Part shown: positions 1 to 8,904 of the stretch, one piece after another
Layout of the letters: each line of letters begins with the position of its first letter
Numbering within the stretch: position 1 is the stretch's first letter
Assembly: GCA_000431795.1 (NCBI GenBank)
Contig: FR887373.1
Location: 53,818-117,817, forward strand
Reading direction: 5' to 3'
Length of the DNA stretch: 64,000 nt
DNA from: Clostridium sp. CAG:302
Lineage (GTDB): Bacteria > Bacillota_I > Bacilli_A > RF39 > UBA660
The notes under the pieces: generated by a model
What the model was told of the DNA's origin: nothing
Seen by the model: only the letters and a program-made list of their open reading frames with translations
Database searches by the model: none
Made by a program: the position numbers and the translations under genes

Positions 1-825
1 TCTAGTGAGCAGTTTGTAAATGATTATATTTATGCGGTTAGAAACAATGAAAAAAATAGTTTTGATAGAATTGACTCGTTTAAAAACAAGTATCGTAATA
101 TTGATGTACTTATAATTGATGATATTCAGTTTTTGGGTAGTGCCACTAAAGGACAGGAAGAATTTTTCCATACCTTTAATGAATTACATGACTCTAATAA
201 ACAGATAATTATAGCTTCAGATAGGTCAGTAGATGATCTGAAAATGCTAGAAAATAGGTTAATTACTAGATTTAACTGGGGTCTTACCGCAAATATAACA
301 CCACCTGATTTTAATTTAAGAGTGGACATTATTAAAAAGAAAATATCACATCAAGAAGCAGCGGAAGATATACCAATTGAAGTTATCGAGTATATAGCTA
401 ATATTAACGATTCTGATGTTAGACAGCTAGAGGGCGCTATTACAAGAGTATTTGCATATGCATCAATGATGAATAGAGGTATAATAAATCTTGATATAGC
501 TATTGAAGCTCTTAAAGATAAAGTATCAGAAAAAAGTGTCTATAAAAATGATGTTCATAGGATACAAAGAATAGTATGTGAATATTTTAAGATAGATATC
601 GAAGATTTAAAAGGTAAAAAAAGAAGTAAAGATGTCAATTATCCTAGACAAATAGCCATTTATTTATGTAGAAAGATGACTAGCGAATCATTTCCAAAGA
701 TGGGAACATATTTTGGTGGTAGAGACCATTCCACAATTATCAGTGCATATCAAAAAATTGAGAACGACTTAAAGACAAATCCACAGCTTCAAATAGTAAT
801 AAATGAACTAAAAGAAAAAATATAG
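1..825 (+). CDS. dnaA: Chromosomal replication initiator DnaA, C-terminal ~275 aa (5' end outside window)
   Basis: Frame 1 is open from base 1 and continuous with ORF 133..825. It contains the AAA+ Walker B region (VLIIDDIQFLGSATKGQEEFFHTFN) and the C-terminal DNA-binding domain (NYPRQIAIYLCRKMT..GGRDHSTI). dnaN follows. Confidence 0.95.
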   Translation, partial: SSEQFVNDYIYAVRNNEKNSFDRIDSFKNKYRNIDVLIIDDIQFLGSATKGQEEFFHTFNELHDSNKQIIIASDRSVDDLKMLENRLITRFNWGLTANITPPDFNLRVDIIKKKISHQEAAEDIPIEVIEYIANINDSDVRQLEGAITRVFAYASMMNRGIINLDIAIEALKDKVSEKSVYKNDVHRIQRIVCEYFKIDIEDLKGKKRSKDVNYPRQIAIYLCRKMTSESFPKMGTYFGGRDHSTIISAYQKIENDLKTNPQLQIVINELKEKI

Positions 826-913
826 TGGATAAAAATAAAAATATCAACAGGTTTTGTTGATATAAAAAAGTATATAAAATAAGAGAAAAATAAAGATATC
901 AACAATATCAACA
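824..913. promoter_or_regulatory. DnaA-box-like cluster in the dnaA-dnaN spacer
   Basis: AGTGGATAA at 824-832 is 8/9 to TGTGGATAA. ATATCAACA 841-849 and its inverted copy TGTTGATAT 855-863 form a perfect 9-bp inverted repeat. Tandem ATATCAACA boxes lie at 896-904 and 905-913. Treating ATATCAACA as a DnaA-box variant is inference. Confidence 0.4.
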
Positions 914-956
914 GTATAATAATAATAATTATAATAAAAGAAAGAGGATGATAAAA

Positions 957-2072
957 ATGAAATTCAAAGTAAAGAAAGAAATATTATTAGAAAGTTTAAA
1001 TAATACTGCTAGAGCAATATCTACGAAAAATTTAATACCAATATTAACAGGTATAAAGTTTGAATTAAAAGAAGATGGTTTATATTTATATGCAAGTGAT
1101 ACTGATGTATCTATTAGATCATTTATATCAAAAGATAAATTAACAAGTACTAGTGAACTTGGTAGTATAGTAATTGGAGGTAAGTATATAGTAGAAATAA
1201 TAAGAAAGTTACCAAATACTGATATTTCTATTGAAGTAATTGATGGATATAAACTAATCGTTAGTACAGATAATACAGAATTTAACTTAAATGGTATCAA
1301 TCCTAATGAATTTCCTAACTTAGATTTAGATGAGACTAAAGAGCCAATCGTAGTAAATAATGGAATATTTAAAGATATTATTAATCAAACTGTATTTGCT
1401 ACTAGTCAAAGTGAAACTAGACCTCTTCTTACCGGTATTAACTTTAAATTATCTGGTAATAGCTTTGAGATTTTAGCAACAGATTCTTATAGACTTGCTA
1501 GAAAGTATGTAGAAATTGATAAAGATATTGAAAATGAAGTAAATATTGTGGTTCCTGGTAAAAACTTACTTGAACTTACAAAGATGTTAGATGATGATAC
1601 TGCTAGTGTAGAAATGCATTTATTTAGTAATAAGATATTATTTAAGTATAAAAATATTGTATTCTTATCTAGATTGTTATCTGGTACATATCCAACAACT
1701 TCAAATATTATTCCAAAAGATTTTAATATTGAATTAGAATGTAAATTTGATGATTTATTTAATATGATAGATAGAGCATCTCTTCTTACATCTGATAGAG
1801 AAAAGAATACTGTAAAACTTACATTAACTAAGGATGAACTTATGATTTCTTCAAATAGTCCTGAAATAGGTAGAGTAGAAGAAAAGATGAATATTAGTTC
1901 TGATAAAGAAATTAATATATCATTTAGTTCAAAATTTATGCTTGATGCTATTAAAAGTTTTAACAAAGAAAAGGTTGTTCTTTGTATGAATAATGATAGT
2001 TCTCCTATTGTTATTAAGAATAATGAGGATAGCTCTTTAGTACAATTGGTACTTCCTATAAAAACTTGTTAA
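957..2072 (+). CDS. dnaN: DNA polymerase III beta sliding clamp
   Basis: ORF 948..2072. The ATG at 957 (MKFKVKKE..) is 8-9 nt after RBS AAAGAGGA, so it is preferred over the ATG at 948. Typical clamp length and position after dnaA. Confidence 0.93.
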   Translation: MKFKVKKEILLESLNNTARAISTKNLIPILTGIKFELKEDGLYLYASDTDVSIRSFISKDKLTSTSELGSIVIGGKYIVEIIRKLPNTDISIEVIDGYKLIVSTDNTEFNLNGINPNEFPNLDLDETKEPIVVNNGIFKDIINQTVFATSQSETRPLLTGINFKLSGNSFEILATDSYRLARKYVEIDKDIENEVNIVVPGKNLLELTKMLDDDTASVEMHLFSNKILFKYKNIVFLSRLLSGTYPTTSNIIPKDFNIELECKFDDLFNMIDRASLLTSDREKNTVKLTLTKDELMISSNSPEIGRVEEKMNISSDKEINISFSSKFMLDAIKSFNKEKVVLCMNNDSSPIVIKNNEDSSLVQLVLPIKTC

Positions 2073-2089
2073 TAAATAAAAATATTAGA

Positions 2090-2116
2090 AAAACTCTCAT
2101 CATGAGAGTTTTTTTT
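2090..2116 (+). terminator. Intrinsic terminator of dnaN
   Basis: ACTCTCA-TCA-TGAGAGT stem-loop followed by T8. Confidence 0.8.
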
Positions 2117-2139
2117 GTATCCACAATTAATGTTGATAT
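2117..2139. promoter_or_regulatory. Convergent pair of DnaA-box-like 9-mers
   Basis: GTATCCACA (8/9 to TTATCCACA), 5-nt spacer, then TGTTGATAT. The same architecture occurs at 49128-49150. Confidence 0.35.
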
Positions 2140-2183
2140 AAAATAAAGATACTATAGTGAATTCTAAATCAAATATTTCGTAA

Positions 2184-2277
2184 GGGCTTATATAGGTGAA
2201 TATGGCTGATATACTATTTTGAGCCAATATTTTGGCTCAAAATAACATTGTAAGACTAAAAAATCAGGCTTACAATG
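2184..2277 (+). repeat. Twin-hairpin intergenic element, copy 1
   Basis: GGGCTTATATAGGTGAATATGGCTGATATACT box. Hairpin 2216-2243 is ATTTTGAGCC..GGCTCAAAAT. Hairpin 2246-2277 is CATTGTAAGAC..AGGCTTACAATG. Alignable to the copies at 33961, 40788, 49741, 21193 and (reverse) 21064. Confidence 0.6.
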
Positions 2278-2382
2278 CAATTATAATAAAAAAATACTTT
2301 TGTCGACATATTTCAACAAAATTCGACATATCTTTATGCTTTAATATTTTTCACATATTTTATATGTGGAAGGGGGGTAATT

Positions 2383-2844
2383 ATGAGGGATTATGTTATT
2401 AATGAAGAACTTTTATGTTTTACCCAAGATACTATAGAAAAAGATAATATTTTAGTTATAGAAAAGTCTAAAAGATTAACTTTTAAGGGTAATTCACTAA
2501 AGTTTTTACGAAGATGCTGTTTCTGCTACGGACATTCTTATAATATTCAAAGACAATTTGTAATAGATCATTTTAATTATTATATTAAAACTCCTATTAT
2601 ATTATCTGAATATAATAAAATAATATTATTTCCTACGGCGTCTCCAGAATCTAACAAGTGTATTTGGCTTTCTTATAATAATATTGAAAGATATGTAGAA
2701 GCTGAAAAAAACTATACAGAAATTTATTTTAAAGGTGGAAAAGTATTAAAAATTAGAGCTCCGTATACTACTATTGACAATCAAATTACTAAGTGTATTA
2801 AGATAGAAAAATTACTTAATAGTCTACAATATACAGAAATGTAA
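2383..2844 (+). CDS. comK: ComK-family competence transcription factor homologue
   Basis: By eye it aligns to B. subtilis ComK blocks: CCFCYGHSYNIQR vs CRFFGSSYAGRK, KTPIIL..IILFPTASPESNKCIWLS vs KPPIMV..IFLFPTLSSTRPQCGWIS, and TEIYFKGGK vs TEVTFSNGK. RBS GGAAGGGGGG lies upstream. Confidence 0.7.
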   Translation: MRDYVINEELLCFTQDTIEKDNILVIEKSKRLTFKGNSLKFLRRCCFCYGHSYNIQRQFVIDHFNYYIKTPIILSEYNKIILFPTASPESNKCIWLSYNNIERYVEAEKNYTEIYFKGGKVLKIRAPYTTIDNQITKCIKIEKLLNSLQYTEM

Positions 2845-2987
2845 TTATGTCTTAAAAAATAAGGAAAAAAAGGCAAAAAATAGCCTCTTTTTCTTTTAAA
2901 AATAAGATATTTATGATATAATTATGTATGTATAGGGATACATGAGTAGATTAATTATTTAACTACGAGCAAAAAAGAGGCTGTAAA

Positions 2988-4106
2988 ATGAAAATTACAA
3001 AAATGACATTAAAAAAATATCGTAATTATGATAATTTAGAAATTAGTTTTAATGATAATTTAAATATTATTATTGGGGACAATGCTCAAGGTAAAACTAA
3101 TTTATTAGAATCTATTTATGTTCTTGGTGTTACTAGATCATTTTTATCTGGTAATGACAGAAATCTTATTAAATTTGAAAATAAGGCTTCTTTAATAAAA
3201 GGTGAAGTTATTACTAATGATGGAAAATTTAATTTGGAAGTTTTGATTAACGAAAATGGTAAGGTAGTTAAAGTCAATAGCAAAGAAATAAAAAAACTTA
3301 GTGATTATATATCGTTACTTAATGTTATTGTATTTAATTCTGATAGTATAAGAATATTTAAAGATAGTCCAAATTCTCGAAGAAAATACTTTAATATTGA
3401 AATTAGTCAAATTAATAAGAAATATTTAAAGTTACTTAGTGATTATAATACTATATTAAGACAGAGAAATGAATTTCTTAAGGTTATTAATATTAATAAG
3501 GAAAAAGATATGATGTATTTAAGTATATTAAATGAAAAATATGCACTTTTATCCTTAGAAATATATAACTATCGAAAGAAATTTATTGATGATATTAATA
3601 TGTATTTGGGCAATTCTTTTAAATATATTGCTGGATACGATAATTTAGTAATTAAATATGCTTCTAATTTTAGTAATTTTGATAATAAAACTTTTTTAGA
3701 AAAACTAAATGATAATTTAAATAGAGATATTCAATATAAAATGACTTTAATTGGACCCAATAGAGATGATTTTTATTTTTTATTAGGTGATAAAAATTTA
3801 TCATTATATGGTAGCCAAGGACAAATTAGAAGTGCTGTTTTAGCTCTTAAACTATCAGAAGTTAAGTTATTTAATAATATTACAGGCGATACACCAATAC
3901 TTTTACTTGATGATATGTTTAGTGAATTAGATATAAATAAGAGAAATAATATTTTAAAATATTTAGATCGTAATATACAAACTATAATTACTACGACAGA
4001 TATTAAGAATATTAATGAAAAAATAAAAGAAAAAGCTAATGTTTATGAAATAAAAGAAGGAAAAATTATTTCCCGGGAAATAATTTCCAAGCAGGAAGGT
4101 GATTAA
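2988..4106 (+). CDS. recF: DNA replication and repair protein RecF
   Basis: N-terminal Walker A ([17 protein letters not shown]), SMC-like signature ([10 protein letters not shown]) and Walker B ([12 protein letters not shown]). Conserved position before gyrB. Confidence 0.93.
   Translation: MKITKMTLKKYRNYDNLEISFNDNLNIIIGDNAQGKTNLLESIYVLGVTRSFLSGNDRNLIKFENKASLIKGEVITNDGKFNLEVLINENGKVVKVNSKEIKKLSDYISLLNVIVFNSDSIRIFKDSPNSRRKYFNIEISQINKKYLKLLSDYNTILRQRNEFLKVININKEKDMMYLSILNEKYALLSLEIYNYRKKFIDDINMYLGNSFKYIAGYDNLVIKYASNFSNFDNKTFLEKLNDNLNRDIQYKMTLIGPNRDDFYFLLGDKNLSLYGSQGQIRSAVLALKLSEVKLFNNITGDTPILLLDDMFSELDINKRNNILKYLDRNIQTIITTTDIKNINEKIKEKANVYEIKEGKIISREIISKQEGD
4068..4081. promoter_or_regulatory. 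Noc-binding site (NBS) palindrome inside the recF 3' end
   Basis: Exact ATTTCCCGGGAAAT. The palindrome extends to AATTATTTCCCGGGAAATAATT (4064-4085). It encodes KIISREII of RecF. Confidence 0.6.
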
Positions 4107-4108
4107 AT

Positions 4109-6031
4109 ATGAATAATGAACATTATGATGCATCGGACATACAAGTTCTTGAAGGACTAGAAGCAGTTAGAAAAAGACCAGGTATGTATATAGGAACTAC
4201 TGATATTAAAGGATTACATCATTTAGTATGGGAAATAGTAGATAATTCTATAGATGAGGCTTTAGCAGGATATTGTAAAAATATAGAAGTTGTTATAAAT
4301 AAGGACAACTCTGTTACTGTAAAGGATGATGGTAGAGGTATACCAGTTGATATTCATCCGAAAACTGGAAAGTCCACTGTTGAAACAGTATATACAGTAC
4401 TTCATGCAGGTGGTAAATTTGGCGGTGGTGGATACAAAGTATCTGGTGGATTACATGGTGTTGGTGCCTCTGTAGTTAATGCATTAAGTAAATGGGTAGA
4501 AGTAAAGGTTTATAAAAATGGTAAAGTTTATTTCATTAGATTTGAAGATGGTGGTCATACTGTAGCTCCATTAAAAGTTATAGATGAATGCTCTCCTGAT
4601 AGAACTGGTACTACAGTTACATTTAAGCCAGATCCTACTATATTTGATAGTGATATTTATGATTATGAAATACTTAAAGTAAGAATTAGAGAATTAGCAT
4701 TTTTAAATAAAGGACTTTGTATTACTTTACGTGACGATAGAGATGATGAAGATACTACTGGTGAGAAATTCTTGTATGAAGGTGGTATTAGTGAATATGT
4801 AAGATTCATAAATAAAGGAAAAACCCCTTTACATGACGATATTATTCATCTTACTGGTGAAGAAGATGGTGTTATGTTTGAGGTTGCAATGCAATATAAC
4901 ACTAGTTATAATGATAATATCTATTCATTTGTTAATAATATCAATACTCATGACGGTGGCACTCACGAGGAAGGTGTTAGAAGAGCTTTAACTAGAGTTA
5001 TTAATAGTTATGCTAGAAAAAACAATTTACTTAAAGAAAAAGACGATTCTTTAACTGGCGATGATGTTAAAGAAGGCTTAACAATGATTATTTCTTGTAA
5101 ACATCCTAATCCGCAATTTGAAGGTCAAACAAAGGGAAGACTTGGTAACTCTGAAGTTAGAAAACTTGCTGATAGTGTCTTCTCACAAGGATTTGAAAGA
5201 TTTTTATTAGAACATCCAGAAGATGCAAAGATAATAGTAAATAAGGCTTTACTTGCTTGTAGGGCTAGAAACGCTGCGAGAAAAGCAAGAGAAATTACTA
5301 GAAAAACTGATTTATCTACTACTAATTTCTTTGGTAAATTGTCTGATTGCAAAAGTAAAGACCCTAAGGTATCTGAAATATTTATAGTCGAGGGAGATAG
5401 TGCTGGTGGATCCGCTAAAAAGGGAAGAGATTCTATGACACAGGCTATTTTACCACTTAGAGGTAAAATTCTTAATGTCGAAAAAGCTAGATTAGACAAG
5501 GCATTATCAAATGAAGAAATTAGAACTATTATAACTGCGTTTGGAACTGGTATAGGTGAAGAATTTGATTTATCTAAACTTAGATATGATAAAATTATTA
5601 TAATGACTGATGCTGATGTTGATGGATCACATATTAGAGTTCTTCTTCTAACATTATTTTATAGATTCTTTAAACCAATTGTTGAAGCAGGTCATGTTTA
5701 TGCTGCTCAACCTCCATTATTTAGAATAATGCATGGAAAAACAAGAAGATATGTACTTGATGAGAAAGAAAAGGAAGCATATTTAGCAACTCTTCCTGAA
5801 AACGTAAGAAATCGTGCTGAGATAGCTCGTATGAAAGGTTTAGGAGAGATGGATGCAGAAGAATTAAATGAAACTACTATGGACATTAATAAGAGAATAT
5901 TGCGTAGAATAACTGTTGATGATTGTGTATCTGCTGATGCTATATTTGAAAAATTAATGGGTGATGATGTAGAACCTAGAAGGGCATTTATTGAAGAAAA
6001 TGCTAGATATGTTAAAAATCTTGATATTTAG
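4109..6031 (+). CDS. gyrB: DNA gyrase subunit B
   Basis: GHKL ATPase motifs ([31 protein letters not shown]) and Toprim ([27 protein letters not shown]). Confidence 0.97.
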   Translation: MNNEHYDASDIQVLEGLEAVRKRPGMYIGTTDIKGLHHLVWEIVDNSIDEALAGYCKNIEVVINKDNSVTVKDDGRGIPVDIHPKTGKSTVETVYTVLHAGGKFGGGGYKVSGGLHGVGASVVNALSKWVEVKVYKNGKVYFIRFEDGGHTVAPLKVIDECSPDRTGTTVTFKPDPTIFDSDIYDYEILKVRIRELAFLNKGLCITLRDDRDDEDTTGEKFLYEGGISEYVRFINKGKTPLHDDIIHLTGEEDGVMFEVAMQYNTSYNDNIYSFVNNINTHDGGTHEEGVRRALTRVINSYARKNNLLKEKDDSLTGDDVKEGLTMIISCKHPNPQFEGQTKGRLGNSEVRKLADSVFSQGFERFLLEHPEDAKIIVNKALLACRARNAARKAREITRKTDLSTTNFFGKLSDCKSKDPKVSEIFIVEGDSAGGSAKKGRDSMTQAILPLRGKILNVEKARLDKALSNEEIRTIITAFGTGIGEEFDLSKLRYDKIIIMTDADVDGSHIRVLLLTLFYRFFKPIVEAGHVYAAQPPLFRIMHGKTRRYVLDEKEKEAYLATLPENVRNRAEIARMKGLGEMDAEELNETTMDINKRILRRITVDDCVSADAIFEKLMGDDVEPRRAFIEENARYVKNLDI

Positions 6032-6042
6032 GAGGTTATATT

Positions 6043-8652
6043 ATGGAAAATGAAAATATTAAAAATGATAATAATGATATTAATGAACTTGTTGATAGAG
6101 CAATGAATGATATTAATCAAGCCGATAAAAATGAAGAATCTAAAGATGAAACTGCTGAAAATTCTGAAATAGAAGAAGATAATTTTAATGGTGATTTTCA
6201 TGAAAAGGATAGTAGCACTGCAAATGACATTGTTTCTGAGGTTAAGGATTCATTTATTGACTACTCTATGAGTGTTATTACATCAAGAGCTATTCCTGAC
6301 CTTAGAGATGGTTTAAAACCTGTTCATAGAAGAATTTTATGGTCCATGTATGAAGAAGGTAATACTCCTGATAAACCTCATAAAAAATCTGCTACTACTG
6401 TTGGTTATGTTATGGGACATTATCATCCTCATGGTGATAGTTCTATATATGAAGCAATGGTTCGTTTGGCACAAGACTTTAATGAAAGATATATGTTAGT
6501 TGATGGTCATGGTAATTTTGGTAATATTGAGGGTGATGGAGCTGCTGCATATCGTTACACAGAAGCAAGATTATCTAAAATTTCACTTGAACTTATTAGA
6601 GATATTAATAAAAATACTGTTGATATGGATGATAACTTTGATGAGACTAGTAAAGAACCAAGGGTATTACCAAGTAGATTTCCTAATATACTAGTTAATG
6701 GTTCAATGGGTATAGCGGTTGGTATGGCCACAAATATTCCTCCACATAATTTGGGTGAAGTAATTGATGGTTGTGTTGCATATATTGATAATCATGATAT
6801 AGATACTTTAGGACTTATGGAATATGTCAAAGGACCTGATTTTCCTACTGGTGGTATTATACTTGGTAATTCTGGTATAAGAAAAGCATATGAAACTGGA
6901 AGAGGTTCTATTACTATTCGTAGTAGAGCTGAAATTGAAGAACACAATAATCATAATACTATAGTTATTACTGAAGTTCCTTATGGTGTAAATACAATGG
7001 AACTTAAAAATAAGGTTGCTGAACTTGTTAGGGATAAGGTAATAGATGGTATATCTGACTATCATACTGACTTAAAGGATGGAGTTAAAATTACTATTAC
7101 TTTGAAGAGGGATGCTAATCCACAAGTTGTACTTAATAATTTGTATAAGCATACTAATTTTCAGATTTCTTATGGTATTATATTTTTAATGCTTGATCAA
7201 GGCGTTCCTAAAACTTTAGGATTAAAGGATATTATTTCTAAATACATTGATCATCAGAAAGAAGTTATTATTAGAAGAACTAGATTTGATTTGGATAAAG
7301 ATGAAAGAAGAGTTCATATTTTAGAGGGTTATAAGATAGCACAAGATAATATTGATGAAGTTATTAAAATAATAAAGACCGCTAAAAGTGATGTTGAAGC
7401 TAAGGAAAAATTGATGAGCCGATTTGCTTTATCCGAAGTTCAAACTGATGCTATATTGGAATTAAAACTACGTCGTTTGACTGGAATGGAAAGAGAAAAA
7501 ATAGAGGCTGAACTTGCTGATTTACTTCTTGAAATAGAAGAATTGAAGTCTATACTTGCTTCTGAAGAAAAAGTTCTTAATATAATTAAGAAGGAATTAT
7601 TAGAAATTAAGAGTAGATATGCTGATGAAAGAAGAACTCATATTGATATGACTGCTGTTGAGTATATTGAGGATGAAAGTTTAATTCCTGAAGATATGAT
7701 TGTTGTTACTTTAACTAAGAAAGGTTATATTAAAAGATTATCTGCTTCTACTTATAAGACACAACATAGAGGCGGTGTTGGTATTAAGGGTATGTCTACT
7801 AATGATGAAGACTTTGTTGAACAAATTCTTAATTGTTCTACGCATGATTATGTCTTATTCTTTACTAATATGGGTAAAGTTTATAGAGTTAAGGGTTATA
7901 AGATTCCTGAATATAGTAGACAATCTAAGGGATTACCTATTATTAATTTACTTAACTTAGAACAGGGTGAGTATGTTACTGCCTTACTTAATGGCTCTAA
8001 TGATAGCGAAGATAAGTATTTGGTATTTGCTACTAAAAGTGGTTTGATTAAGAGAACTGATTTGGCTGAATTTTATAATATTAGAACTAATGGTAAGAGA
8101 TTTATTACTTTAAGGGATGACGATGAACTTATTTCTGTTAAAGGAACTACTGGCGATAATGATATTTTAATGGCTTCTTCTAATGGTAGAATGGTAAGAT
8201 TTAATGAAAATTCTATTAGAGTTATGGGAAGAGGCGCTTCTGGTGTTAGAGGTATTAATTTAGATGGTGGTTTCCTTGTTGGTATGGAAGTTGTTAAACC
8301 TGATGAAGATGTTCTTGTTATTAGTGAATATGGATATGGTAAAAAGACTCCTATTGAAGAATATAGAATAACTAATAGGGGTGGTAAAGGTGTTAAAACT
8401 ATTAACATTACTGAGAAGAATGGTTCTATTGTTTCATTTAAGACTGTTACTGATGATAAAGACTTGATAATTATTACCGATACTGGTATGATTATTAGAT
8501 TGGCTGTTGATAAGATTTCTAGAATGAGTAGGGTTACTCAAGGTGTAAGACTTATAAACCTTAAAGATGATACTAAGGTTAGTGGAACTGCTATTGTTGA
8601 TAAGGATGATGAAGAACAGGCTTCAGAAGATAATAATTTAAAGAGTGAATAA
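6043..8652 (+). CDS. gyrA: DNA gyrase subunit A (with ~55-aa acidic N-terminal extension)
   Basis: SMSVITSRAIPDLRDGLKPVHRRILW, and active-site region AAAYRYTEARL carrying the catalytic Tyr. C-terminal beta-pinwheel repeats and an acidic tail. Confidence 0.97.
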   Translation: MENENIKNDNNDINELVDRAMNDINQADKNEESKDETAENSEIEEDNFNGDFHEKDSSTANDIVSEVKDSFIDYSMSVITSRAIPDLRDGLKPVHRRILWSMYEEGNTPDKPHKKSATTVGYVMGHYHPHGDSSIYEAMVRLAQDFNERYMLVDGHGNFGNIEGDGAAAYRYTEARLSKISLELIRDINKNTVDMDDNFDETSKEPRVLPSRFPNILVNGSMGIAVGMATNIPPHNLGEVIDGCVAYIDNHDIDTLGLMEYVKGPDFPTGGIILGNSGIRKAYETGRGSITIRSRAEIEEHNNHNTIVITEVPYGVNTMELKNKVAELVRDKVIDGISDYHTDLKDGVKITITLKRDANPQVVLNNLYKHTNFQISYGIIFLMLDQGVPKTLGLKDIISKYIDHQKEVIIRRTRFDLDKDERRVHILEGYKIAQDNIDEVIKIIKTAKSDVEAKEKLMSRFALSEVQTDAILELKLRRLTGMEREKIEAELADLLLEIEELKSILASEEKVLNIIKKELLEIKSRYADERRTHIDMTAVEYIEDESLIPEDMIVVTLTKKGYIKRLSASTYKTQHRGGVGIKGMSTNDEDFVEQILNCSTHDYVLFFTNMGKVYRVKGYKIPEYSRQSKGLPIINLLNLEQGEYVTALLNGSNDSEDKYLVFATKSGLIKRTDLAEFYNIRTNGKRFITLRDDDELISVKGTTGDNDILMASSNGRMVRFNENSIRVMGRGASGVRGINLDGGFLVGMEVVKPDEDVLVISEYGYGKKTPIEEYRITNRGGKGVKTINITEKNGSIVSFKTVTDDKDLIIITDTGMIIRLAVDKISRMSRVTQGVRLINLKDDTKVSGTAIVDKDDEEQASEDNNLKSE

Positions 8653-8675
8653 AAGTAATTATTTACTCTTTTTTT
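8642..8675 (+). terminator. Intrinsic terminator of gyrA
   Basis: AGAGTGAATAA..TTATTTACTCT stem overlapping the stop codon, followed by T7. Confidence 0.7.
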
Positions 8676-8684
8676 ATGTATATT

Positions 8685-8698
8685 ATTTCCCGGGAAAT
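8685..8698. promoter_or_regulatory. Noc-binding site (NBS) palindrome, intergenic
   Basis: Exact ATTTCCCGGGAAAT, extended to ATTATTTCCCGGGAAATAAT (8682-8701). Confidence 0.6.
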
Positions 8699-8770
8699 AA
8701 TTATTACTTGAAATGATAAAATATCAGTAGTAGCAAACAAATGTTTGCTACTACTGTTCACTTACTAAAC

Positions 8771-8799
8771 TTGCATTTTTGTTAGAAATATGATATAGT
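8771..8799 (+). promoter_or_regulatory. Sigma-A-type promoter of the SRP RNA
   Basis: TTGCAT, 17-nt spacer, TATAGT, with a TG extended -10 (TGATATAGT). It sits ~7 nt upstream of the first base of the predicted RNA helix. Confidence 0.5.
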
Positions 8800-8805
8800 G
8801 TTGTT

Positions 8806-8885
8806 GATACAACATTAATGGTGGAATCAAGTCAGGGGCGGAAGCCAGCAGCTTTAACATTTAATTAATGTGTGTATCTTTTTTT
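8806..8885 (+). ncRNA. ffs: Small (4.5S-type) signal recognition particle RNA
   Basis: GUCAGG-GGC-GGAA-GCC-AGCAGC matches the universal SRP domain IV motif (E. coli GUCAGG-UCC-GGAA-GGA-AGCAGC) with a covarying stem around the GGAA tetraloop. The closing helix is GATACAACATTAAT / ATTAATGTGTGTATC, followed by T9. Confidence 0.7.
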
Positions 8886-8888
8886 TTA

Positions 8889-8904
8889 TGTTTCACGTGA
8901 AACA
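8889..8904. promoter_or_regulatory. parS site 1
   Basis: TGTTTCACGTGAAACA, followed by TAA then ATATCAACT (8908-8916). Confidence 0.75.

Noticed and set aside
929-1966. Antisense ORFs 929..1300 and 1487..1966 opposite dnaN. The same applies to 126..329, 5125..5499, 6808..7065, 8073..8408, 10612..10887, 12707..12988, 15804..16061, 29461..29796, 34314..34733, 35208..35606, 40217..40534, 47842..48090, 52058..52351, 54980..55279, 58507..58713 and 62591..62965.
   Set aside because: All lie fully antisense or out of frame within strongly recognisable conserved genes. They have Leu/Ser/Ile-rich low-complexity translations and lack an RBS. They are shadow ORFs.
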